Shown one piece after another: positions 37,771 to 46,956 of a DNA stretch of 64,000 nucleotides. Position numbers and translations under genes: made by a program. Below the pieces are notes generated by a model, which was not told where the DNA came from, searched no databases, and was given only the letters and a program-made list of their open reading frames with translations. The stretch spans positions 123,008,001 to 123,072,000 of the forward strand of contig NC_043001.1 in NCBI RefSeq assembly GCF_006345805.1, read 5' to 3'. Every line of letters starts with the position of its first letter. Positions within the stretch are counted from its first letter, which is position 1. Source of the DNA: Octopus sinensis. Its lineage: Eukaryota.

Positions 37771-40700
37771 AGTAATGTTTATTGTCACCCAAATGTGGGT
37801 GTTCTATAAGAACAGACAATGCTGCTATTTTAACCCCAGGAGGATGATACCTCCTCCTGCTGGTTATTCAGTGCACTTAGTCTAGCAGACAAGTATCCAT
37901 CACTGAGGATGATCAAAGAAGATAGAAATCACATGATACAATGGTCTCTGAGCTAGAATAGATGGGAGTTCTCTCCCCACTTACAGTATGTATATTAATT
38001 GCAAAGCACACTGAATAACCAGATGGATGTGGTGTCCTCCCGGAGTTAAAATAGCAGTATTGTTTGTTCTTATAGAACACCTAAGTTCAGGTGACGATAA
38101 ACATTACTTCTCAGTATAAATACCTCTTTACAGTTCTGTATTTAAGAGATGAGGAATTATATACATTATTTACATTTGACGGATATTTGTCCACATCTTT
38201 GTTGTTAACACAACATTTCCAGCCTTCATCAAGTGTCTTGGGGAAATTTTGAACCTGGGTTCTCGTTCCTAAGGTATTTTTCGATGATGAAGGTTGGAGG
38301 GTATATCAGCCGAAATGTTGTGTTAACAAACAAGATGAGGACAAGTATCCGTCAAATGTAAATAATGTATAGGCGTAGGAGTGGCTGTGTGGTAAGTAGC
38401 TTGTTTATGAACCACATGGTTCCAGGTTCAGTCCCACTGCGTGGTATCTTAGACAAGTGTCTTCTACTATAGCCTTGGGCCGACCAAAGCCTTGTGAGTG
38501 GATATTGTAGACGGAAACTGAAAGAAGCCCGTTGTATATGTGTATATATATATGTATGTGTTTGTGTGTCTGTGTTTATCCCGCCAACATCACTTGACAA
38601 CCGATGCTGGTGTGTTTATGTCCCTGTAACTTAGCGGTTTGGCAGAAGATGCCCTTCCTAACGCCAGCCACTGCTGCATAAAAAGCAGTCATGCTGGTGC
38701 CATGTTGAAAGTGCTGATACCACACCACATAGAAAGCACCCAGTACACTGTTTGAACTGGTTGGTGTTAGGAAGGGCATCCAGCCATGGCAACCATGCCA
38801 GAATAGAAAATGGAGCCTGGTGCAGGCTCTGGCCTGACCAGTTCCTGTCAAACTATCCAACTCATGCCAGCATGGAAAATGGGTGCTAAATGATGATGAT
38901 GATAGTGGTGGTGATGATGATGATGTTAATGATGATGATAGTGGTGATGATGAGGAGAAGGATGCTGATGATGATGAGGAGGATGGCAAGCGGTGGTGGT
39001 GGTGGTGGTGGTGGTAGTTATGATGGTTTATTATTTTTTTTTTGTTTCTATTACAGCAAGCTGGTCTACATCCTACAGCGGATCAAATAGAGCTCTTTGC
39101 TTACCATTTGCCTAATGCTACTCTCTCAAATTTGATGGTAAGTTTCATTTGAAATGTATACTCTTTTATTTTTTTTGAAACTCTTTTTTATTTGTTTCAG
39201 TCACTTATTTGACTGCAGCCATGCTGGAGTGTTGCCTTAAAGGATACTAGTTGAAGAAATCAACCCTCCGGGACTTATTTGCTGTAGTAAGCCTAGTACT
39301 TATTCTATCGGTCTCTTTTGCTGAACCACTAGTTTATGGGGACAGAAGCACACCAGCAACGGTTGTCAAGTAAATGTTGGGGGCAGGGCACACCAACACA
39401 CACACAAACATACATATGTACATGCATACATACATACATACATACATACATACATACAGCCATCAACCCATCCATCCATCATTAAGTATGTATGAGTTAG
39501 GAGTTAGACAACCATCTAAGGGATAATAAATATCCAATATACTACTGGAGGGTTACTTATTTATATTCAAATGCTTACTGTTGCAAGGCAATAGTGCAAT
39601 TGAGTAATAGGTACAAACAAAAGTTTATCCAGAATTTATAAAAGGCAAAAAGAAAATGGGGAAGAGATTTAATTGACAAACATCAATAAGATTTATTTAT
39701 TATAATCATAGGAATAAATAGATAAATACAACCCCACTCTTAATGGTATCCTTACCGTTATGGACTTCCTGACTCTCTGATGAAGCTTTGGGGTTCAGTT
39801 TTTGTATATGTCAACTTCAGCATACTGGACCCCCAAAGTAGAAGCAGCTGTAAGAGTGGAGTTGTATTTATTTATTTACCTCTTTTACTTGTTTCAGTCA
39901 TTTGACTGGGGCCATGCTGGAGCACTGCCTTTAGTTGAGCAAATCGACCCCGAGACTTATTCTTTGTAAGCCTTGTACTTATTCTATCAGTCTCTTTTGC
40001 TGAACCGCTAAGATATACGAGGACGTAAACACACCAGCATTGGTTGTCAAGTGATGCTGGGGGGATAGACACAGACACACAAGCTTACACACACACACAC
40101 ACACATATACATATATACGACGGGCTTCTTTCAGTTTCCGTCTACCAAATCCACTCATAAGGCTTTGGTCGGCCTGAGGCTATAGTAGAAGGCACTTCCC
40201 CAAGGTGTCACGCAATGGGACTGAACCTATAATAATCATAGTCGTGGCAGATACTGGCATCATGCAACTGGCACCCGTGCCAGTGACATGTAAAAGCAAC
40301 TATTACACTCTCAGAGTGGTTGGCATTAGGAAGGGTATCCAGCTGTAGAAACACTGCCAAATCAGACTGGAGTCTGGAGCAGCCACTCTGCTTACCAGCC
40401 TTGGTCAAACCGTCCAACCCATGCCACCATGGACAACAGATGATGATGACAACGACAACGACGACGAATTGAATTATTATGTACTTTACTGTGTTTTTAT
40501 GCATGCGATCTCCTGGTCTGGAAAAATTGTCTTGTATGGAACCAGTCTATGCATGAAATGTCAGTAAGCATTTTGCTTACCATTCTGCTTGTTGGCCACC
40601 TTGCTCTACATAAATATTAACAAACTGTTGTTGAGTAACTTAATTTTTTATGATTTCTTTTTCTATTTGCAGGACATCTTTGTGACTCTGTCACAACTGG

Positions 40701-43242
40701 ACAGCAACCTATACTTCATGTGTAACATTGACGACTTTAAATTTCTGGCCGACATGATAGAACATGTTCCTTTGTCGCTGAGGGTCCGCTATGTCTTTTG
40801 CTGTTCACCAATTCCCAAAAAGCAACCGTTTGTCTGCACTGGTTTTCTCAAGGTTAGTCAACCCATATGCTAATTCAAAGAATTGAAAAAAATAAAAGAA
40901 ATGAAATTAGAAACAATAACTGAACCGTCTCTTTATGTAGTTACCAGTCCGTCAGTTCCGATGACAAGGGTTCCAAGCTGATCCAATCGATGGGACAGCC
41001 TGCTCGTGAAATTAACATGCAAGTGGCTGAGTATTCCACAGACATGTATCCTTATCATTGTTCTCATAGAAATTCAGCATGACACAGAATGTGATAAGAA
41101 TGGCTCATTGAATTACTGGTACATCTCGTTATTGTTTGTTTGTTCCTTCTCGAGCCATGCCTGTCTCATAAGGGCCGGTTTCCTTGGCGTATAGGTTCCC
41201 CACCTGGACGGGACACCGGTCCGTCGCAGGTGAGCTGCAAGATGAAGAAGGAAAGAGTGAGAGAAAGTTGTGGCGAAAGAGTCAGCAGAAGTTTGCCATT
41301 ACCTTCTGTCGGAGCCACGTGAAGCTTAGGTGTTTCACTCAAATACACACACATTGCCCGGTCTCAGATTCGAACCCGCGATCCTTCGGCTGCGAATCCG
41401 CTGCTCTAACCACTAGGCCATGTGCCTCCGCCATCTCTTTTTTACCAGTTCAGTGAACTAAAGCAATGTGAAATAAAGTGTCTTGCTCAAGGATGCAATG
41501 TACCATCAGTTTCCAGACTCCTGACCATCTGATCTTGGAACTAAACACCCTAACCACTAAGCCATGTGCTTTCACTCTCTTTATGTATGTGACTTCTGTT
41601 TTTTGCTTGTTTCAGTCACTGGGCTGTGGCCACACTGGAGTACAGCCTCAAAAGGTTTTGAGTCAAAGAAACTGCATTTATTTTGCTTTTTAAGTTTGGT
41701 AATTGTTTTGGCTGTATCTTTTGTCACACTACTACGTTTCAGGGTTGTAAACAAACCAGCACAGGTTGTCAAGCTGTGTGTGGGGGATCAAATGCACACA
41801 CACACACACACACACACACATGTGATGATAATAACATGATGGGCTTCTTCAAGGCTACAGTAGAAGACACTTTCCCACAGTGTTANNNNNNNNNNNNNNN
41901 NNNNNNNNNNNNNNNNNNNNNNNNNNNNNNNNNNNNNNNNNNNNNNNNNNNNNNNNNNNNNNNNNNNNNNNNNNNNNNNNNNNNNACCGCATAGACTGGC
42001 CTCCGTGCTTTGGGGACGTAACAAACACCATCCGATCGTGGCCGTCCGCCAGCCTCATCTGGCACCTGTGTCGGTGGCACATAAAAACACCATCCGAGCG
42101 TGGCCGTCTGCCAGCCTCGTCTGGCACCTGTGTCGGTGGCACATAAAAACACCATCCGAGCGTGGCCGTTCGCCAGCCTCGTCTGGCACCTGTGTCGGTG
42201 GCACATAAAATCACCCACTACACTCTCGGAGTGGTTGGCGTTAGGAAGGGCATCCAGCTGTAGAAACATTGCCATATCTGACTGGCCTGGTGCAGCCTTC
42301 GGGCTCCCCAGACCCCAGTTGAACCGTCCAACCCATGCTAGCATGGAAAACGGACGCTAAATGATGATGATGATGATGATGATATATGCCAGCTGAGATC
42401 AATCCGTCTCTGGTCGAAAGACGCCTGTTGTGTAACATCGTCCGTTTTTCTGTCCTTGTTTCGTACACATTTGATTCTTTTTCTGAGCAATCTAATGCCC
42501 TTAGCTTAGTTTTTCCTTGGGGCTGGCCAGATTGGAGCAATCTCAAGATTAATCAGCCAAAATTGCGAGGATGATCCAGTTCTTGACTGAAGATTAAAGG
42601 CTTCAAATGACCCATCCGTGTTTTTTGTTTCGTCTAATTGAATGTTTTGCGTTCTTGTCCCATGTTGTATTTTTTTTATACATACACACACACACACACC
42701 ATGTTGATGTATTTTGTTTATCTATATATATCTTTGTTATGTTTGTTTATCTTTCATTTTGCAGTTACCGCTTCCCAGATATGTTTCCAGATATTGAACA
42801 AGTGCGCTACATGCAACACGAACTCGACTCTATCATTCAAGTCGGCGTTTTTAACATCACCAGTTTGCTCAAGTCTAGCAAGCAACACACAACTGGAGTC
42901 AATGTTATTGACGACGATGAAGACTTTGATATGCGAAGTCGGCTGAAAAGATCTTTGAAGTCTTCTCTCGCTGAAACGAACGAGGGAGATTTGGAGGATT
43001 TCTCTCCAGAATTGTTGGAGGATTATGGTGAATACAATAAAAGTATCACTAGTAACAAGAAAACGCTCACAGACTCTTATGTAAATGCCAAAAACCTCCA
43101 GAGTGTTGGGAAGTTAGAGCCAGGCCAAGGTAAACTCACTGCATATCTATTGAAGAAAGGTTTGTTGACACCAAAAGTGCTTCGTAAGCTTCAAGAAGAA
43201 TGGTCGTTAGAAGCTAACCATCATAGGAAGAAGAAAAAATAA
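11386..43242 (+). CDS. SUPV3L1: ATP-dependent RNA helicase SUPV3L1/SUV3, mitochondrial (multi-exon; ~800 aa if the missing exon is ~149 nt)
   Basis: Joined exons 11386-11653, 16314-16391, 19594-19701, 20688-20802, 22427-22595, 25317-25428, 27085-27254, 28194-28245, 31096-31224, 33489-33582, 35658-35877, 39057-39137, 40673-40852, [missing], 42765-43242. Splice phases match at every junction except 13 to 15. Motifs [10 protein letters not shown] (Walker A), [16 protein letters not shown] and QIAGRAGR are typical of SUV3. Confidence 0.97.
12424..12663. mobile_element. Merlin-type MITE, same family as 9722-10006
   Basis: TIR GTACTACTAGCGAACAGTGGTCCCGGTGC / GCACCGGGACCACTGTTCGCTAGTAGTACC; TSD TCTTATTAT / TCCTATTAT; internal TTAGGG-like run. 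Confidence 0.75.
12700..13235 (-). mobile_element. Possible highly decayed Penelope-type RT remnant
   Basis: Fragmented minus-strand translation gives G*PLPINV, NHIHQIP and [10 protein letters not shown], loosely like Penelope RT motifs. Weak. Confidence 0.25.
13370..14013 (-). mobile_element. Decayed mariner, 5' part
   Basis: TIR-like ACGAGGGTTGTCAGGAAAGTTC at 14013. From ATG 13837: [13 protein letters not shown]...FSTVQK*AAEFRR..SLEDD.MSGHPAT. Confidence 0.7.
14230..14436 (-). mobile_element. Penelope-like solo repeat, copy 2 (intact minimal hammerhead)
   Basis: Follows a (TA)n tract, homologous to 2281-2486 and 56331-56523, and contains the hammerhead at 14332-14366. Confidence 0.65.
14332..14366 (-). 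ncRNA. Minimal type-I hammerhead ribozyme motif
   Basis: Minus strand GTTT-CTGATGA-A-GAGC(TCC)GCTC-GAAAC-GTT-AAAC. Stem I GTTT/AAAC, stem II GAGC/GCTC, palindromic ACGT stem III, GUU cleavage triplet. Confidence 0.7.
14437..15090 (-). mobile_element. Internally deleted mariner-like element
   Basis: Imperfect TIRs TGAGGGGGTAACCAAAAGAAACC (14437) and GGTTACTTTTGGGCACCCCGTCA (15068-15090), followed by TA. Confidence 0.55.
15147..15466 (+). repeat. Foldback repeat: ~70-bp unique head plus ~250-bp palindrome
   Basis: Arms 15216-15337 and 15339-15466 centred on GTGC-T-GCAC. A second, partly deleted copy lies in opposite orientation at 30614-30853. Confidence 0.85.
15470..15846 (+). mobile_element. 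Non-autonomous retroelement with RTE-like tail, (GAT)n end and internal ~60-bp repeats
   Basis: ...GTGGCACGTAAAAGCACCC...TTAGGAAGGGCATCCAGCTGTAGAAAC...GTTAAACGAT(GAT)n. Further copies at 16428-16760, 19848-20225, 22640-22790, 23585-24060, 31410-31990, 35917-36340, 36760-37035, 40229-40480, 41986-42383. Confidence 0.8.
16314..16391 (+). CDS. SUPV3L1: SUPV3L1 exon 2
   Basis: ttttcag| (A)[25 protein letters not shown] |gtaagt; 78 nt, phase 1-1. Confidence 0.93.
16428..16760 (-). mobile_element. RTE-tail retroelement, inverted relative to 15470-15846
   Basis: (CAT)nCGTTTAATGTCCGCTTTCCATGCTAGC...GGATGCCCTTCC, starting ~36 nt after the exon 2 donor. Confidence 0.8.
17165..18267 (-). mobile_element. 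Mariner element interrupted by a SINE dimer
   Basis: [35 protein letters not shown] (ATG 18139) resumes as [28 protein letters not shown] below 17601, then DRFVPHQL and ISCDEKW. Confidence 0.9.
17618..18034 (+). mobile_element. tRNA-headed SINE (family C), partial tandem dimer, 17-bp TSD
   Basis: TSD AGAATCATTGCCAAAAG at 17601-17617 and 18035-18051. Head AAGGCGGCAAGCTGGCAGAA, TTCAAATTC B-box-like motif, tail CCTTGTGGG..TAAAGAAATA. Confidence 0.85.
18295..19015 (-). mobile_element. CORE-like SINE (family A) with a palindromic insert in its central microsatellite
   Basis: 3' half at 18295-18520, 5' half at 18835-19015; insert at 18558-18811. Confidence 0.8.
19132..19546 (+). mobile_element. 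Full-length CORE-like SINE (family A)
   Basis: GGCGCAGGAGTGGCTGTGTGGTAAG...GGGTTCAGTCCC head, CTTGGGCAAGTGTCTT core-like motif, central (TA/TG)n, (GTAAAAGA)n tail. Other copies: 34823-35292, 37336-37722, 38372-38645, 39880-40228(-), 44826-45222, 46743-47123, 47573-47953, 59540-59930, 60409-60828(-). Confidence 0.85.
19594..19701 (+). CDS. SUPV3L1: SUPV3L1 exon 3
   Basis: ttttag| (R)[35 protein letters not shown](G) |gtatct; 108 nt, phase 1-1. Confidence 0.93.
20688..20802 (+). CDS. SUPV3L1: SUPV3L1 exon 4
   Basis: tttcag| (G)[37 protein letters not shown](W) |gtatgt; 115 nt. Confidence 0.95.
21035..21715 (-). mobile_element. RTE-clade LINE 3' fragment
   Basis: Minus-strand ORF2 C-terminus [45 protein letters not shown]...LREKLGIK...GRPRKA*DEV, then a 3' UTR homologous to the GGAAGGGCATCCAGCTGTAGAAAC tail. 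Confidence 0.85.
22427..22595 (+). CDS. SUPV3L1: SUPV3L1 exon 5 (Walker A)
   Basis: gtgaag| [56 protein letters not shown] |gtaaat; 169 nt. The acceptor is an AAG after a short purine-rich stretch. Confidence 0.96.
22984..23373 (+). mobile_element. tRNA-derived SINE (family B)
   Basis: A box TGGCCCAGTGG, B box GGTTTCGATTCC, long conserved body. Other copies: 24481-24785, 40937-41432(-), 53535-53615, 54535-54900(-). Confidence 0.8.
24956..25178. mobile_element. piggyBac-type MITE (TTAA TSD)
   Basis: TTAA|CCCTTTCGTTAC...GTATCAAAAGGG|TTAA; sister copy at 26170-26389. Confidence 0.85.
25317..25428 (+). CDS. SUPV3L1: SUPV3L1 exon 6
   Basis: cgttag| [37 protein letters not shown](Y) |gtaagt; 112 nt. 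Confidence 0.95.
26170..26389. mobile_element. piggyBac-type MITE
   Basis: TTAA|CCCTTTCGTTAC...GTAACGAAAGGG|CTAA; high similarity to 24956-25178. Confidence 0.85.
27085..27254 (+). CDS. SUPV3L1: SUPV3L1 exon 7 (motif II, DEIQ)
   Basis: ttttag| [56 protein letters not shown] |gtgagc; 170 nt. Confidence 0.97.
28194..28245 (+). CDS. SUPV3L1: SUPV3L1 exon 8
   Basis: aaacag| [17 protein letters not shown](G) |gtaaga; 52 nt. Confidence 0.93.
28270..28441 (+). repeat. Interrupted (CTT)n tract
   Basis: ~170 bp of CTT with periodic GCC/GTC interruptions, ~25 nt downstream of the exon 8 donor. Confidence 0.95.
28702..29771. mobile_element. Longer piggyBac-type non-autonomous element
   Basis: TTAA|CCCTTTCGTTAC...GTAATGAAAGGG|TTAA, inserted in a (TTA)n SINE tail. 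Internal ~110-bp direct duplication (29185-29295 and 29363-29470). Confidence 0.8.
29776..30613 (+). mobile_element. Head-to-tail stack of four family C SINEs
   Basis: Units start near 29776 (partial), 29898, 30143 and 30400. The last three end CAGGCCTTGTG.CTATAGTAGAAAGGATTATT. Confidence 0.8.
31096..31224 (+). CDS. SUPV3L1: SUPV3L1 exon 9
   Basis: cttcag| [42 protein letters not shown](G) |gtaagt; 129 nt. Confidence 0.96.
32702..33444 (-). mobile_element. 5'-truncated CR1-clade LINE with open ORF2 C-terminus
   Basis: [36 protein letters not shown]...LVRPILEYG...[12 protein letters not shown]...[20 protein letters not shown]...LRGHSEKL...[13 protein letters not shown]. Short 3' UTR ending in (TAAC)n. 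Confidence 0.92.
33489..33582 (+). CDS. SUPV3L1: SUPV3L1 exon 10
   Basis: ttacag| [30 protein letters not shown](L) |gtaagt; 94 nt. Confidence 0.96.
34111..34587. mobile_element. hAT (Charlie-like) MITE with internal 19-bp tandem repeat
   Basis: Ends TAGTGGTTCTCAAC / GTTGGGAACCCATG; perfect 8-bp TSD CTCTAAAC (34103-34110, 34588-34595); ~8 copies of GAGGGTCCATAYRGYRCCT. Confidence 0.88.
35658..35877 (+). CDS. SUPV3L1: SUPV3L1 exon 11 (motif VI)
   Basis: tcacag| [73 protein letters not shown] |gtaaat; 220 nt. Confidence 0.97.
35893..36671 (+). mobile_element. Tc1/mariner-superfamily remnant with nested retroelement
   Basis: TIRs CATGGTGATTCAAAATTTCCATAC / GTATGGCAACTTTTGAATCACCCTG, TA on the left. 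Transposase C-terminus [21 protein letters not shown]...HIEPVR*. RTE-tail insert at 35917-36340. Confidence 0.85.
37767..38112. mobile_element. MITE with ~85-bp TIRs
   Basis: GAGAAGTAATGTTTATTGTCACC... / ...GGTGACGATAAACATTACTTCTC; superfamily not assigned. Confidence 0.7.
38160..38371. mobile_element. Penelope-like terminal repeat with inverted tail and degenerate hammerhead
   Basis: Inverted arms 38160-38224 and 38308-38371; ATGATGA-AGGTTG...CAGCC-GAAAT at 38284-38316. Related end fragment at 58540-58615. Confidence 0.55.
39057..39137 (+). CDS. SUPV3L1: SUPV3L1 exon 12
   Basis: ttacag| [27 protein letters not shown] |gtaagt; 81 nt. Confidence 0.96.
39700..39880 (+). mobile_element. Penelope-like terminal repeat with degenerate hammerhead
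   Basis: ACTCT-CTGATGA-[long stem II]-GAAGC-AGCT-GTA-AGAGT at 39772-39857, flanked by inverted repeats 39711-39742 and 39851-39880. Confidence 0.55.
40673..40852 (+). CDS. SUPV3L1: SUPV3L1 exon 13
   Basis: ttgcag| [60 protein letters not shown] |gttagt; 180 nt, phase 0-0. Confidence 0.96.
41886..41985. other. Assembly gap (100 N, true size unknown)
   Basis: Exactly 100 Ns inside SUV3 intron 13, next to a 62-bp tandem array. Confidence 0.99.
42026..42211 (+). repeat. 62-bp minisatellite inside an RTE-tail element
   Basis: Units start at 42026, 42088 and 42150 (CACCATCCGAGCGTGGCCGT...GTCGGTGGCACATAAAAA). Confidence 0.92.
42765..43242 (+). CDS. SUPV3L1: SUPV3L1 terminal exon
   Basis: tttgcag| (S)[36 protein letters not shown]...[27 protein letters not shown]. 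Starts in phase 2; TAA at 43240-43242. Confidence 0.95.
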
Positions 43243-43281
43243 TGACAATTAATTAAAAAGACTTTTTTTATAGTTTAAAAC

Positions 43282-43292
43282 AATAAAATAAA
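43282..43292 (+). terminator. Candidate polyadenylation signal of SUPV3L1
   Basis: AATAAAATAAA ~40 nt after the stop, followed by a T-rich stretch. Not verifiable without transcripts. Confidence 0.4.
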
Positions 43293-45994
43293 TTTCTATT
43301 TTTAATTTCTTTCTTCGTTTACTAACAGTAAGGAGATAATTCACTAAATTTCAAGGGAGGTAACCCTCAATTGATTTCATAGTTTCTGAAGGAAAACCTG
43401 ATAATACAAGGCTATTCTGTTGATCTTTGCTTCTACAACAAAGTAAATACTGTGGGAAAGTTACGTACCTAAATATTCAGTTCGACATTATGAACATAAG
43501 AAACAAAAAGAAAGGTGATAACTTAAAACAAAAATCAGCGGATTTTCTCAACTTTACTGGGCAAGGTTTATTCAAGGGAGGTAACCGACTGAAACTTTTT
43601 TTTTTAGCAATAGTTAACTGGGTAACTGTGTGACATCTGCTAATATTGCTGTAACTACCAGTGTTATTAATTAATTAATTTTATTCATTTATTTATTTAT
43701 TTATTACAGAACATGCTGTCCTAAAAAGGAAAAAAATCAAACAAATAAAATCCATTGCTTTTCGTTAATAATTATAACTGGGGAGACATACTTTACGGGC
43801 GTTTTTAAAAAAATCTTGGGGTTTGACTACAGAACCTAAAAATTTGATTTTGTTCGATGCCCTAATAGTTGTACAAGCCCAACACCCCTAAGATTGCTAA
43901 TAGTGGTGCCAGGCTACTCATTTTGGGGAAAAGTACTGTGGATTAAGTCCACCTCATTGTTAGACTGGTATAAGGCGGCGCGCTGGCGGAATTGTTAGCC
44001 CACCGGACGAAATGCTTAGCAGTATTTCGTCTTCCGCGACGTTCTGAGTTCAAATTCCACCGAGGTCGACTTTGCCTTTCGGGGTCGATAAATCAAGTAC
44101 CAGTTACGCACTGGGGTCGATATAATCGACTTAATCCGTTTGTCCTTCTTTGTCCCTTCTGTGTTTAGCCCCTTGTGGGTAGTAAAGAAATAGAAATAGG
44201 TATAATGCGGCTCGCTGGCGAAATCGTTAGCCCACCGGACAAAATGCTTAGAATTGTGCCTATAAGTAGAAAAGATTATTAATACTAATATTAATAAAGG
44301 CGGCGCGCTGGCAGAATCGTTAGCACGTCGGACAAAATGTTGTGGCAATTCGTCCATCTTTATGTTTTGAGTTCAAATTCAACGGCCGTCGCCTTTGCCT
44401 TTCATCCTCCTAGGGATCTATATAATGCTTAGAATCTGCCAAAGGTCGACTTTGATTTCATCCTTTCGGGATCGATAAAATAGGTACCTGGTGAGCACTC
44501 CGGATAAAGTTATTGTCCCCGAATTTGTTTGTCTCATGCCTAAATTCGAAACCAGCTCCTCTTCCTCCTCACCACCATCATCATCATGATGATGATGAAG
44601 GCGGCGAGCTAGTAGAGTTGTTAGTACGCCCATCAGAATACTTAACGGCATTTCGTCTGTCACCGCATTACAAGTTCAAATACCGCCGAGGTCTACTGGG
44701 TTTTTAAAAAATCCTTTCGGTGTCGATAAGTACCAGTTGAGTACTGGGGTGGATATGCCTATAGTAGAAAGAATTATTAAACTGGTTTCTATGTGATCGA
44801 CAAGTAGAGAGCATCAACATGTTCAGCGCAGGAGTGGCTGTGTGGTAAGTAGCTTGCTTCCCAACCACAGGGTTCCGGGTTCAGTCTCACTGCGTGGCAC
44901 CTTGGGCAAATGTCTTCTACTATAGCCTCGAGTCGACCAATGCATTGTGAATGGATTTGGTAGATGGAAGCTGAAAGATGGCCGTCGTATATATATGTAT
45001 GTATGTGTGTATATGTTTGTGTGTCTGTGTTTGTGCCCCCAACATCGCTTGACAACTGATGCTGGTGTGTTTATGTCCCCCGTAACTTAGTGGTTCGGCA
45101 AAAGAAACCGATAGAATAAGTACTAGGCTGACAAAGAATAAGTCCTGGGGGCAATTTACTCAACTAAAGGCGGTGCTCCAGCATGGCCACAGTCAAATGA
45201 CTGAAAGAAGTAAAAGAGTAAATCTCCACCAGATCATATATCATCTAAATAATATATTTAAAAATTTATTTGTGAGATATAATTCTGTGTCCATTGTCAA
45301 ATAGCAAAAGAAGGGTGGTCATGGTTGGAGTATCTTTGATCATAGGTCGGCTAAGCGTTGATCTAGGGGCTATCCACTCTCCAAAGAACCCTTAAAATAT
45401 GACAGCCAGTCATACTTAGCAGAATATAAGCCAAAATTGAAAGGGAGGTAACTAGATGTAGCAAGATATTTTAGTTGCTATTGTGACGATTGATTCATCT
45501 GACTTAATAATAGTGAAAAACAATAATGGTTTCAAATTTTCGCACAAGGCCAGCAATTTCCGAGGATTTGTAAGTTGATTACATCGAGGCCAGTTCTCAA
45601 CTGGTACTTATTTTATCGACTCCAAAAGGATGAAAGGTAAAGTCGATCTAGACGGAATTTGAACTCAGACGGACGAAATGCTGCTAAGCATTCTGTCAGC
45701 TTGCCGCCTTAATACTAATATTACTCTGTTACTTGTTTCAGTTATCTGTCTGTGGCCATGCTGGAGCACCACCTTATGACTTCAGGGGTAAATTTCGTAA
45801 TTTACTACTTTTATGATACTGGTTCAGAGTAGCAATGCTTTATACACTAGCTACAGTGCTACAACAAAGAATCACCACTAAAATAGCAGTTAAATCTTCT
45901 TTGAATCACACCCAAACATTGTAAAAAAAAAAGAAGTATTAGATAATGTGGTACTAGACGCAATATATCTCCGCCTATCTCCGGGGACAGTGTT

Positions 45995-46905
45995 TGAAAA
46001 TTTTTTGAAAATTTTCATCAAAATTTTTGGAAAGTTTTTTGAAAATTTCCATCAAAATTTTTGAAGAGTTTTTGGAAATTTTCTGAAAAGGTTCTTAAAA
46101 AATTTTCATCAAAATTTTTGAGAATTTTCCTTAAAAATTTTTGAAAATTTTCCCCAAAAAATATTTGAAAAATTTCCCCAAAAGTTTTACTCAAAAAATT
46201 TTTGCGACATTTTCCACAAGAATATTTTCAAAAATTTTTTAGGAAAATTTTTGAATAATTTTTTGAAAATTTTCCTCAGAAATTTTTGACAATCCAGGCC
46301 TTGTGCATATAGTAGAAAGGGTTGTTAATACTTATACTAATAAAAGGCAGCGAGCTGGCAGAATCGTTAGCACGCCGGACAAAATGTTGTGGAATTTCGT
46401 CCATCTTTACGTTTTGAGTTCAAATCCCACCGCGGTCGCTTTTGCCTTTCATCTTCCCAGGGATCAATAAAATAAGAACCGCGAAACTGCCACCCTTCTG
46501 CCAAAATTTGAAACCAATATTGATGAAAGCTGTTTTAAGTGAATAATCGGTAAAGTACCTTATAACATTTTCGTTTCGTATCACTCTAATTTTTATTTCT
46601 GTTCTAGGGCCCCACTTTATTTTTCATTCTTCTTGATAGATAAAATAAATACCAGCTTAATGCTAGAGTACGTCTACATCGTCCTTCAAATTGTATATCC
46701 CAGAGAAATTGCATGAATTTGCGTAAGAAATTGCTATTAATAGGCGTAGGAGTGGCTGGGTGGTAAGTAGCTTGCATACGAACCACATGGTTCCAGGTTC
46801 ATTCCCACTGCGTGGCACCTTGCGCAAGTGTCTTTTACTATAGCCTCGAGTCGACCAAAGCTTTGTGAGTGGATTTGGTAGACGGAGACCGAAAGAAGCC
46901 CGTCG

Positions 46906-46956
<51 letters not shown>

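Noticed and set aside
40933-40963. Possible missing exon 14 (ATGTAG|TTACCAGTCCGTCAGTTC, LPVRQFR*)
   Set aside because: It hits a stop after 7 codons and is the end of a family B SINE.
42386-42640. Minus-strand peptide [18 protein letters not shown] as an inverted SUV3 exon 14
   Set aside because: It is on the wrong strand, is followed by a stop and has no downstream similarity. Another frame ([14 protein letters not shown]) looks more like a decayed LINE.
42607-42764. N-terminal part of the 211-aa ORF as SUV3 coding sequence
   Set aside because: It is intronic (CA repeat and polypyrimidine tract); homology starts at the acceptor at 42765.
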